Of a stretch of DNA of 32,000 nt, positions 24,720 to 32,000 are shown in pieces. The stretch is taken from contig NC_017262.1 of NCBI RefSeq assembly GCF_000175255.2, positions 960,001 to 992,000 on the forward strand. Reading direction: 5' to 3'. The number at the start of each line of letters is the position of its first letter. The first letter of the stretch is position 1. A model generated the notes under the pieces. That model did no database searches, had not been told where the DNA came from, and saw only the letters and a program-made list of their open reading frames with translations. The translations under genes and the position numbers were made by a program. This DNA comes from Zymomonas mobilis subsp. mobilis ATCC 10988 (GTDB lineage: Bacteria; Pseudomonadota; Alphaproteobacteria; Sphingomonadales; Sphingomonadaceae).

Positions 24720-25358
24720 TTAATCTCCTGACCGGCGATCAAAATGGGTATGGGTGCGGCCATCCATAACGGCCTTGCCATTGATAAGGTCTACATTGAG
24801 ACTTTGGCCTTGAAAATGGCCATTCGGTGATTGCCCCGAAACAGGACGTTGGCTGGTAATTAGTCGTTTATCAAGATCAAGGACAACATCCTGTCCATTA
24901 ACACGATAACCGTTAGCCATAACCAGTTGGGCTGCCCCGTCGATGGTCAATATATTATTGTCCATATTATAACGCCCATGTGGCGCCGTTACGGTAGCGG
25001 GCCCGCTGTCTAATGTGATTTCGGCAACAAGATCGGTCAACCAAAGTTGCGGATCACTAGAGTCCGGTTGTGTCGCCGATTCTGCTTTGAGTTCAAAAAC
25101 GCGGCCATGATCGTCATGACCGCGATAAATAGCCTTTTTCAGATTCATGCGTTCTTTGGATGTCGATATATGGTCGCGTGACAGCATAAAGCTGAGATCA
25201 CGCCGCCCGATGAGGGGCGTAATCGCCATCATGGCAACGACAATAATAATAGCGACAGGAAGAATAATCCGAAGAATGTGGATTATTCTGTCATGGCTAC
25301 CTCCAGCCAGTGCCCAGCGGCGTTGGATAAATGCATTAGAAGGAGCCATGACCGGCAT
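24720..25358 (-). CDS. lptC: LPS export protein LptC-like
   Basis: Single N-terminal TM plus an LptC-like domain (YRGHDDHGRVFELKAESATQ...VTAPHGRYNMDNNILTIDGAAQLVMANGYRVNGQDVVLDL). Located directly upstream of lptA. Confidence 0.85.
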   Translation of the reverse strand: MPVMAPSNAFIQRRWALAGGSHDRIIHILRIILPVAIIIVVAMMAITPLIGRRDLSFMLSRDHISTSKERMNLKKAIYRGHDDHGRVFELKAESATQPDSSDPQLWLTDLVAEITLDSGPATVTAPHGRYNMDNNILTIDGAAQLVMANGYRVNGQDVVLDLDKRLITSQRPVSGQSPNGHFQGQSLNVDLINGKAVMDGRTHTHFDRRSGD

Positions 25359-25390
25359 GAGAGAATCAATCCTGAAAACGGCGTTATATT

Positions 25391-26008
25391 TTACATATGG
25401 GCGAAAATATCGGTTTCAGACCAACCCGCGATATCCAATTTGGCGCGCGTCGGGAGAAAGTCAAAGCAAGCCTGTGCCAATTCTTCCCGTTTTTCACGTT
25501 TAAGACGGATATCCAGTTTTTCTTTCAAGCCATGCAAGAAGCGAACATCAGAAGCCGCATATTCCCGCTGTGCATCGGATAATTTTTCTCCGCCCCAGTC
25601 AGAGCATTGCTGTTGTTTCGAGATGTCTTGTCCCAGCAATTCGCGAACCAGTTCTTTCAGACCGTGGCGGTCGGTATAGGTTCTGACGAGTTTTGAGGCG
25701 ATCTTGGTGCAATAGACAGGTGCCGCCATGACCCCGAGATAATAGAGAATCGCTGCAATATCGAAGCGGCCAAAGTGATAAATCTTGAGTCGATTCGGGT
25801 CGGACAGCACCGCTTTCAAATTGGGCGCGCTGTAATCGCTATCCGGTGCGAATCGCACCAGATGTTGATCGCCTTTACCGTCAGAAATTTGAACAACACA
25901 CAGCCGATCACGATGGGTAATTAGTCCCATTGTTTCGGTATCAACGGCTACAGCCCCCTCAGAAAGCGCATCTTTGGGTAAATCTTCTTCGTGAAAATAA
26001 ACAGTCAT
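25391..26008 (-). CDS. rnd: Ribonuclease D-like 3'-5' exonuclease (start probably 26008, ORF open from 26044)
   Basis: DEDD exonuclease motifs: AVAVDTETMGLITHRDRLCVVQIS, KIYHFGRFDIAAI, KIASKLVRTYTDRHGLKELVRELLG, SDAQREYAASDVRFL. Confidence 0.85.
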   Translation of the reverse strand: MTVYFHEEDLPKDALSEGAVAVDTETMGLITHRDRLCVVQISDGKGDQHLVRFAPDSDYSAPNLKAVLSDPNRLKIYHFGRFDIAAILYYLGVMAAPVYCTKIASKLVRTYTDRHGLKELVRELLGQDISKQQQCSDWGGEKLSDAQREYAASDVRFLHGLKEKLDIRLKREKREELAQACFDFLPTRAKLDIAGWSETDIFAHM

Positions 26009-26291
26009 GGCAAGCGGCATAGAACTAAGCGGCGCTTGTCTCAAGCCATATCCGCCGTTTTTAGACTGTTTTCGACTATCATTCGGCCTATTTTCACCTG
26101 TTTAATAACTCATTTCATCTGAATTATTAATATATTTGTTAGTTTGGTGTGGAAACTACTCGCAGTTATCGCGTTTTAACGGTAAAGAAGATATGTGTTG
26201 TGCCGAGCGGTCGGCGCAGCAGGGTATATGTCTCTCGTTCGATGTATACCCAGAATTTGAAGTTGGACGAACCAAGAAAGTATTTAAGGGC

Positions 26292-27065
26292 ATGAGTTTC
26301 GATAGAGGCAGACGTGGCCAGCGTGGCGGCCGAGATAAACGTGATGGTTTTGGCGGCGACGACTATAGTTTTGGCGGCGGTGATCGTTTCGGTGGTGGTT
26401 TTGGCGGTGGTGACCGCTTTGGTGGTAATGATCGTTTCGGTGGCGGCGATCGCTTCGGCGGTGGTGACCGCTTCGGTGGCGGCAACGGCGGCGGCGGTTT
26501 CCGCGGTGGCCGCGGCGGCGGTGGCGGTGGCGGTATGCCTCCCCAGGTTGTCGGTGAAGGCACCGGCGTTGTAAAATTCTTTAATTCCCAAAAAGGGTTC
26601 GGCTTCGTCGTTCGCGATGATGGCGGTGAAGATGTTTTTGTTCACATTTCTGCCGTTGAACAGGCAGGATTGACCGGTCTTGCTGAAGGTCAGCCTTTAA
26701 GCTTTACCTTGGTCGATCGTGGTGGTCGCGTTTCTGCTACCAACCTCGGTATCGAAGGTGAACCTTTGCCCATTACAGAATCTGCCCCTGCTCCGCGCGG
26801 TGGTGAATTCGGTGGTAGCCGTGGTGGCCCGCAGCGTCAGTTGACGGGTGAAAAATCCAGCGGCACCGTTAAATTTTTCAATGCAATGAAAGGCTTTGGC
26901 TTCATCCAGCGTGATGATGGTCAGCCCGACGCTTTTGTTCATATTTCCGCCGTTGAACGTGCAGGTCTGCCGAGCTTGAACGAAGGGGATCGTCTCTCCT
27001 TTGAACTCGAAGTAGATCGCCGTGGTAAATATGCTGCCGTTAATCTTGCTCAGTTGGACGACTAA
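26292..27065 (+). CDS. Cold-shock-domain protein with two CSDs and a glycine-rich RG/FGGG N-terminal tail
   Basis: MSFDRGRRGQRGGRDKR..., FGGGDRFGGG repeats, then CSD1 (GTGVVKFFNSQKGFGFVVRDDGGEDVFVHISAV) and CSD2 (SSGTVKFFNAMKGFGFIQRDDGQPDAFVHISAV). The track's longer start at 26136 is less likely. Confidence 0.93.
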   Translation: MSFDRGRRGQRGGRDKRDGFGGDDYSFGGGDRFGGGFGGGDRFGGNDRFGGGDRFGGGDRFGGGNGGGGFRGGRGGGGGGGMPPQVVGEGTGVVKFFNSQKGFGFVVRDDGGEDVFVHISAVEQAGLTGLAEGQPLSFTLVDRGGRVSATNLGIEGEPLPITESAPAPRGGEFGGSRGGPQRQLTGEKSSGTVKFFNAMKGFGFIQRDDGQPDAFVHISAVERAGLPSLNEGDRLSFELEVDRRGKYAAVNLAQLDD

Positions 27066-27084
27066 GTCTTTCTGACTTTCTAAC

Positions 27085-27121
27085 AAAAAGACCGGTTGGT
27101 TTCTCCAGCCGGTCTTTTTTT
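27085..27121 (+). terminator. Rho-independent terminator of the cold-shock gene
   Basis: AAAAAGACCGG-ttggtttctccag-CCGGTCTTTTTTT. Confidence 0.92.
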
Positions 27122-27457
27122 GTCCTGTTTCATTTTTTGTTATCTGTTTGATAGCGCCTGAAAAAGATCGCTTCATCCTTGGCAATAAGAGCAGAAGAAA
27201 TAGCGATAAGAATATATTGCCTATCCCATTATCGCTGAACAGCCAGAATTGATCGCTGTTGCTAAAGTCAGATTTTAATTTTTGGGAGATGAATCATTTT
27301 TGTTTAGGGGCATAACGCCTGCTTGATGTTTGCTTTTTCAAAAGCAGAAGCGAGCTGTTTTTATAAAATGCACTATTATTAGAAATAGGACGAAAAACGC
27401 CTGAGGACTCGCCTGCATCAAGATAATAACTTTTTAATCCCCTGATAAAAATCAGTT

Positions 27458-28105
27458 TTATTCATTTTCAGGATTGATACGGATACCCCGTAAAAAAATT
27501 GAAATGGCATCTCGAAAATTGTCTTCAACAGGGCGTTTTTCTAAACCGAAAAGTCGATCGAGCAACAGGCTGCCTACGGTCATATTAAAAATGATATCCG
27601 CATATTTTATGGGGTCGGATATATGGTAGCGACCTTTGTCTTGTTGTTCGGAGAACCAGCGCGTCAAATTGTCTTCAGTATGTCCTTGTAAAATATCACT
27701 AAAAATATGCCGCATTTCTTCTGATTTATGTTCGACGGTTAAAATGCGAAGCAGGCAGACCCGATCCGGCCTTAGAATAGTTTGAGCAATGGCGATCAAT
27801 AGAGAGTAGAGATGTTCTTCGGGGTCTTCGCAGATTTTTTCTTCTGGCCATTCAATCGAGAAAAGCCGATCTTCGAGTAATTTGGTGAATAATATCTTTT
27901 TTGACGGGAACATTTGATACACCGTCTTTTTTGACATGCCTGCCTGACTGGCAACCCGATCCATACTGGAACCATCATAGCCATGCGTTTGCAGCACCGT
28001 TGCGGCGGCTTTTAAGATAAGAGCACAGCGTTTTTTTTCATCAAGCTGTGGAGGCCGCCCTACATGGCGTTTTGAGGCGCTTTTATCGGATTGATCGGGT
28101 GTCAT
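27458..28105 (-). CDS. TetR/AcrR-family transcriptional regulator, divergent to the RND efflux genes
   Basis: CALILKAAATVLQTHGYDGSSMDRVASQAGMSKKTVYQMFPSKKILFTKLLEDRL HTH, TetR-like length 215 aa. Confidence 0.92.
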   Translation of the reverse strand: MTPDQSDKSASKRHVGRPPQLDEKKRCALILKAAATVLQTHGYDGSSMDRVASQAGMSKKTVYQMFPSKKILFTKLLEDRLFSIEWPEEKICEDPEEHLYSLLIAIAQTILRPDRVCLLRILTVEHKSEEMRHIFSDILQGHTEDNLTRWFSEQQDKGRYHISDPIKYADIIFNMTVGSLLLDRLFGLEKRPVEDNFRDAISIFLRGIRINPENE

Positions 28106-28222
28106 AGTATTTGAATAATGTCCTTTTAATAGGATGATGGTTCAAATCATGCAGGAAAATTCTTTTCATCAAATGAAAGAATTTTGGGTCTTGACCTCTT
28201 TATAGGAGCCAGATACTTTTCA

Positions 28223-28248
28223 AATAAGAAACTTAAGAGTTTCTTATT
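28223..28248. promoter_or_regulatory. Inverted repeat, candidate TetR-family operator
   Basis: AATAAGAAACT-TAAG-AGTTTCTTATT, perfect 11-bp arms, in the intergenic region between the divergent tetR-type gene and the MFP gene. Confidence 0.7.
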
Positions 28249-28329
28249 ACCAGATTCGATGTAGTCTTTTTAAAAAAATTTTCAAAACGTTTTAATCCAA
28301 TAGCACAAGATCAGGATAGGGGTTTCCGG

Positions 28330-29499
28330 TTGAAACGAAAAATTGCTCCAATATCTGTTTTTGCCGGATCAGTCTTGATGATGCTGACGGCCTGTCACCA
28401 TCAATCCCAAGAAGCCGAACCGGCATTGCAAGATGTTAGTTTTGTTACCGTAAAAACGCAGCCTTTGACCGTTCATAGCACCTTACCCGGTCGCACTTCG
28501 GCTTATGAGGTGGCGGAAGTAAGACCTCAGGTAAATGGGGTCGTTTTGGCGCGCTATTTTAACGAAGGCACGGATGTTAAAAAAGGGCAGCCGCTATTCC
28601 TTATCAATCCGGCTCCTTATCAAGCGACTTATGACGTTAATAAAGCGCAATTAGCTCATGCTGAAGCGCAAGAGAAAACGGCTGCTGCTAAATTAGAACG
28701 CTATAAGGCTTTGGCTCCGGCGCAGGCGATTAGTCGTCAGGATTATGATGATGCTTTGGCCACCGATCGCGCGGCCAAGGCAGATATTGCCCAAGCCAAA
28801 GCGAATATTGAATTATCGGCTGTTAATTTGGGATACACCCGTGTGACCGCGCCTATTACTGGCCGGATCGGGCGCGTTTTGACAACGGTCGGTGCCTTGG
28901 TAACGTCGGGGCAAAGTTCGAATATGGCGATTGTGACCCGCCTTGACCCGATTTATGTCGATGTGAATTTGCCAACCGTCGATTTTTTACGGTTGCGGCG
29001 CGAGTTAAAAGCGGGAACTTTGAAACGGAACGGCAATGATGCCGAAGTCTCCCTTATTCTCGACGATAATTCGACCTATAATCAAAAAGGGCGGCTGGCT
29101 TTAAGCGAAGTCAGTGCCGACACCCAGACATCGACCATTGTTGTTCGTGCGGTTTTCCCAAATCCTGAACATTTGTTGCTGCCCGGAATGTTTGTTTATG
29201 GTCGGATAGAAGAGGGTATTGATCCGAACGCCTTGTTGGTTCCGCAAGAATCCGTTTTCCGAAATAATCACGGTGATCCGATGTTATATGTCGTCAATAA
29301 AGACGACGTTATTGAAGCACGCCCGATAAAAACCGGTGAAGCTATCGGAACGCAATGGGCTGTGACATCCGGTTTGCAAAAAGGCGAACGCGTTTTGGTC
29401 TCCGGTCTTCAAAAAGTGAATATCGGCGACAAAGTTCATCCGACAGAGGCTTCTCTTACCAAAGACGCCTCGCCAGAAAAGAAGGGCGGCAAGGCGTAA
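28330..29499 (+). CDS. RND efflux periplasmic adaptor (AcrA/MexA-like membrane fusion lipoprotein)
   Basis: Lipobox-like VLMMLTACHHQ; VRPQVNGVVLARYFNEGTDVKKGQPLFLINPAPYQATYDVNKAQLAHAEAQEKTA; VTAPITGRIGRVLTTVGALV; LLPGMFVYGRI. Confidence 0.95.
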   Translation: MKRKIAPISVFAGSVLMMLTACHHQSQEAEPALQDVSFVTVKTQPLTVHSTLPGRTSAYEVAEVRPQVNGVVLARYFNEGTDVKKGQPLFLINPAPYQATYDVNKAQLAHAEAQEKTAAAKLERYKALAPAQAISRQDYDDALATDRAAKADIAQAKANIELSAVNLGYTRVTAPITGRIGRVLTTVGALVTSGQSSNMAIVTRLDPIYVDVNLPTVDFLRLRRELKAGTLKRNGNDAEVSLILDDNSTYNQKGRLALSEVSADTQTSTIVVRAVFPNPEHLLLPGMFVYGRIEEGIDPNALLVPQESVFRNNHGDPMLYVVNKDDVIEARPIKTGEAIGTQWAVTSGLQKGERVLVSGLQKVNIGDKVHPTEASLTKDASPEKKGGKA

Positions 29500-29502
29500 A
29501 TT

Positions 29503-32000
29503 ATGGCTCGCTATTTTATTGACCGCCCTGTTTTTGCTTGGGTTATCGGTCTTATCATCATGTTATTGGGTGCCTTGGCAATTGTTAAAATGCCTATTGC
29601 CCAATATCCGAATGTTGCCCCTCCGCAGATTGAGATCAGTGTGTCTTATCCGGGGGCGTCGGCAGAAACGATCAATAATACCGTTGTTCGGCCTATCTTA
29701 CAGCAGATGCATGGCATCGATAATCTGGAATATATTTCGGCTTCTTCCTTTGCCTCGGGTCAGATGACGATTGATTTGACCTTTGCACAAGGTACCGATG
29801 CCGATATCGCACAGGTGCAAGTCCAGAATAAATTACAATTAGCACAGCCTCGTTTGCCGTCGGATGTGGTCAATCAGGGTATTACGGTTAACCGTTCTGC
29901 CAAAAGTTTTATGATGATTATGTCCTTCATCTCGACCGATGGCAGTATGTCCTATCAGGACATCAACGATTATGTGGCATCGAATATTGCTGATCCGTTG
30001 AGCCGTGTTTCCGGTGTCGGCGATTACACTCTGTTCGGTTTTGAATATGCAATGCGGGTCTGGTTAGATCCAGCAAAGCTCTACAAATATAATTTGACTG
30101 TAGCGGATGTCCAATCAGCTATTTCTACCCAGAATATTCAGCTTTCATCCGGTGAATTGGGCGGATTGCCTGCGGTTCAGGGTATTCGTTTGGATGCGAC
30201 CATTATTGGCCCGACCCGTTTGACCTCGCCTGAAGAATTTAAAAATATTCTGGTCAAGGCTTTGCCGGATGGCGCCCAAATCAAATTGGGTGACATCGCT
30301 AAAGTAGAGTTGGGCGCGCAAAGCTATAACTTTGACGTGCGCTATAATAACCAGCCGGCTTCGGGTATTGCGATCAAATTGGCACCGGGGGCGAACCAGC
30401 TTCAAACTGAAAAGTTGATCCGTCAGCGTTTGGCCGATTTGGAACCTTTCTTCCCTCATGGTTTGAAGGTCGAATATCCGGTTGATACCAAGCCATTTGT
30501 GACGGCTTCTATCCATGAGGTTATTGAAACCTTGGTGGAAGCTATTGCGCTTGTTTTCTTGGTGATGCTGATCTTCTTGCAGAATTTCCGTGCTACCTTG
30601 ATCCCGACGATTGCTGTGCCGGTGGTGTTGTTAGGCACCTTTGGTGTGCTTTCTGTCCTTGGTTTTTCAATCAATACTCTGACGATGTTGGCAATGGTCT
30701 TGGCTGTTGGCTTGTTGGTCGATGATGCCATCGTCGTTGTTGAAAATGTCGAACGTTTGATGCGAGATGAAAAGCTGCCCCCGAAAGAGGCAGCGAAGCG
30801 CTCGATGGATGAAATTTCTGGTGCTTTGATCGGTATCGTCTTGGTCTTGTCGGCCGTGTTCTTGCCTATGGCGGCCTTTTCAGGGTCAACGGGCGTTATC
30901 TATCGCCAATTCTCGATTACGATTGTGGTGGCGATGGGGCTGTCTGTCCTTGTGGCGATGATTATGACGCCAGCCCTTTGCGCAACGATGTTAAAGCCGA
31001 TTGACCATGACCAAGCCGATAAGAAGCCGGGTATCTTTGGTCGCTTGGCTAATGGCTTTAACCGCGCTTTTGACCGATTGAATAATGGTTATTTGGGTGG
31101 TGTGTCTTGGTTGTTAGGACGTTCCGTCAAAGGCGGCATTGCCTTTTTGATCATTGTTTTCGCCGTTGGTTATTTATTCACCCGCTTGCCAACCGGATTT
31201 TTGCCGGATGAAGATCAGGGTGAATTTATTGGTCAGGTGACCTTACCCCCGGGAGCGACCCAAGAACAAACGTCGGAAGCGGTGCGCAAGGTTAATGATT
31301 ATCTTCTGTCCGCAGAGAAAGACAGTGTCATCTCTGTGATGACGGTTAGCGGTTTTAACTTTGGTGGTCAGGGACAAAATGCCGGTTCTTTCTTCGTTCG
31401 TTTGAAACCTTGGGATCAGCGTCCGAAAGCCTCGCAAAGTGCTTCGGCCTTGGCAATGCGGACGATGATGCATTTTTGGGGTGATCCGTCATCGATGACT
31501 TTTGCCTTTAATATGCCTGCTGTCCGCGACTTGGGTAATGCTACCGGTTTTGACCTTGAACTGGAAGATCGCGGTCATATCGGTCATGCAAAATTCCTTG
31601 AAGCCCGTAACATGTTATTGGCTTTGGCCTCGAAAGATCCCCGCTTAAGTGGTGTCCGTCCGAATGGTATGGAAGATGCCCCTCAATATCATTTGACCGT
31701 TGATTACGGCAAAGCTGTTATGATGGGATTGACCCCAAATGATGTGAATGTGGCCTTGCAGGGGTCTTTGGGGTCGATTTACGTCAATCAGTTTATGCGG
31801 GATGACCGTGTGAAGCAGGTCTATTTAATGGGGGCACCGGAAGCGCGTATGCTGCCTTCCGATTTTTCCAAATGGTATCTGCGGAATAATGTCGGCACGA
31901 TGGTTCCCTTTAGCGCCTTTATGACAGGAACATGGCAAACGGGCCCTCAGAAAGTCGAAAATTATAACGGCTATAATTCTTTCGAAATTATGGGTGCGCC
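29503..32000 (+). CDS. RND multidrug efflux transporter (AcrB-like), 3' end outside the window
   Basis: ATG at 29503, 1 nt after the MFP stop region. Reads MARYFIDRPVFAWVIGLIIMLLGALAIVKMPIAQYPNVAPPQIEISVSYPGASAETINNTVVRPI... and stays open to the right edge. The ORF track reports only spurious short ORFs here. Confidence 0.95.
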   Translation, partial: MARYFIDRPVFAWVIGLIIMLLGALAIVKMPIAQYPNVAPPQIEISVSYPGASAETINNTVVRPILQQMHGIDNLEYISASSFASGQMTIDLTFAQGTDADIAQVQVQNKLQLAQPRLPSDVVNQGITVNRSAKSFMMIMSFISTDGSMSYQDINDYVASNIADPLSRVSGVGDYTLFGFEYAMRVWLDPAKLYKYNLTVADVQSAISTQNIQLSSGELGGLPAVQGIRLDATIIGPTRLTSPEEFKNILVKALPDGAQIKLGDIAKVELGAQSYNFDVRYNNQPASGIAIKLAPGANQLQTEKLIRQRLADLEPFFPHGLKVEYPVDTKPFVTASIHEVIETLVEAIALVFLVMLIFLQNFRATLIPTIAVPVVLLGTFGVLSVLGFSINTLTMLAMVLAVGLLVDDAIVVVENVERLMRDEKLPPKEAAKRSMDEISGALIGIVLVLSAVFLPMAAFSGSTGVIYRQFSITIVVAMGLSVLVAMIMTPALCATMLKPIDHDQADKKPGIFGRLANGFNRAFDRLNNGYLGGVSWLLGRSVKGGIAFLIIVFAVGYLFTRLPTGFLPDEDQGEFIGQVTLPPGATQEQTSEAVRKVNDYLLSAEKDSVISVMTVSGFNFGGQGQNAGSFFVRLKPWDQRPKASQSASALAMRTMMHFWGDPSSMTFAFNMPAVRDLGNATGFDLELEDRGHIGHAKFLEARNMLLALASKDPRLSGVRPNGMEDAPQYHLTVDYGKAVMMGLTPNDVNVALQGSLGSIYVNQFMRDDRVKQVYLMGAPEARMLPSDFSKWYLRNNVGTMVPFSAFMTGTWQTGPQKVENYNGYNSFEIMGA

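Noticed and set aside
26166-26645. 159-aa minus-strand ORF (and nested 26363-26563, 26314-26574 ORFs) opposite the cold-shock gene
   Set aside because: Low-complexity Ala/Thr/Pro translation of the GGY repeats; antisense artefact of the Gly-rich coding region.
29519-29767. 82-aa plus ORF in the ORF track
   Set aside because: Out of frame with the real RND transporter CDS that begins at 29503 and spans to the window edge.

Overview
The window looks like an alphaproteobacterial chromosome, and protein similarity and gene order suggest Zymomonas mobilis (inference). From left to right it holds the 3' end of a quinone-dependent D-lactate dehydrogenase (dld), a two-component response regulator/histidine kinase pair, ccmA and ccmB. 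A large minus-strand block spans ~4.6-18.2 kb. Then come lnt, metK, the minus-strand cluster rnd-like / lptC / lptA / lptB / rpoN, a tandem cold-shock-domain protein, and a divergent TetR / RND efflux locus (MFP plus an RND pump that runs off the right edge and is missing from the ORF track). The block at 4.6-17.8 kb is the most unusual part. It is a head-to-tail array of eight paralogous exported proteins with an exact 1482-bp period (1428-bp gene + 54-bp spacer). Each has an N-terminal helical region followed by what looks like two retropepsin/pepsin-like lobes, and the catalytic-type D-T-G motif is altered (E-T-G, E-T-S, G-T-D, D-T-E). The array is damaged by three 849-bp IS5-family insertions at YTAR targets and by one frameshift. 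One insertion sits on an apparent ~1.2-kb deletion junction. The two identical-type ISs borrow their transposase stop codon from the target-site TA duplication.
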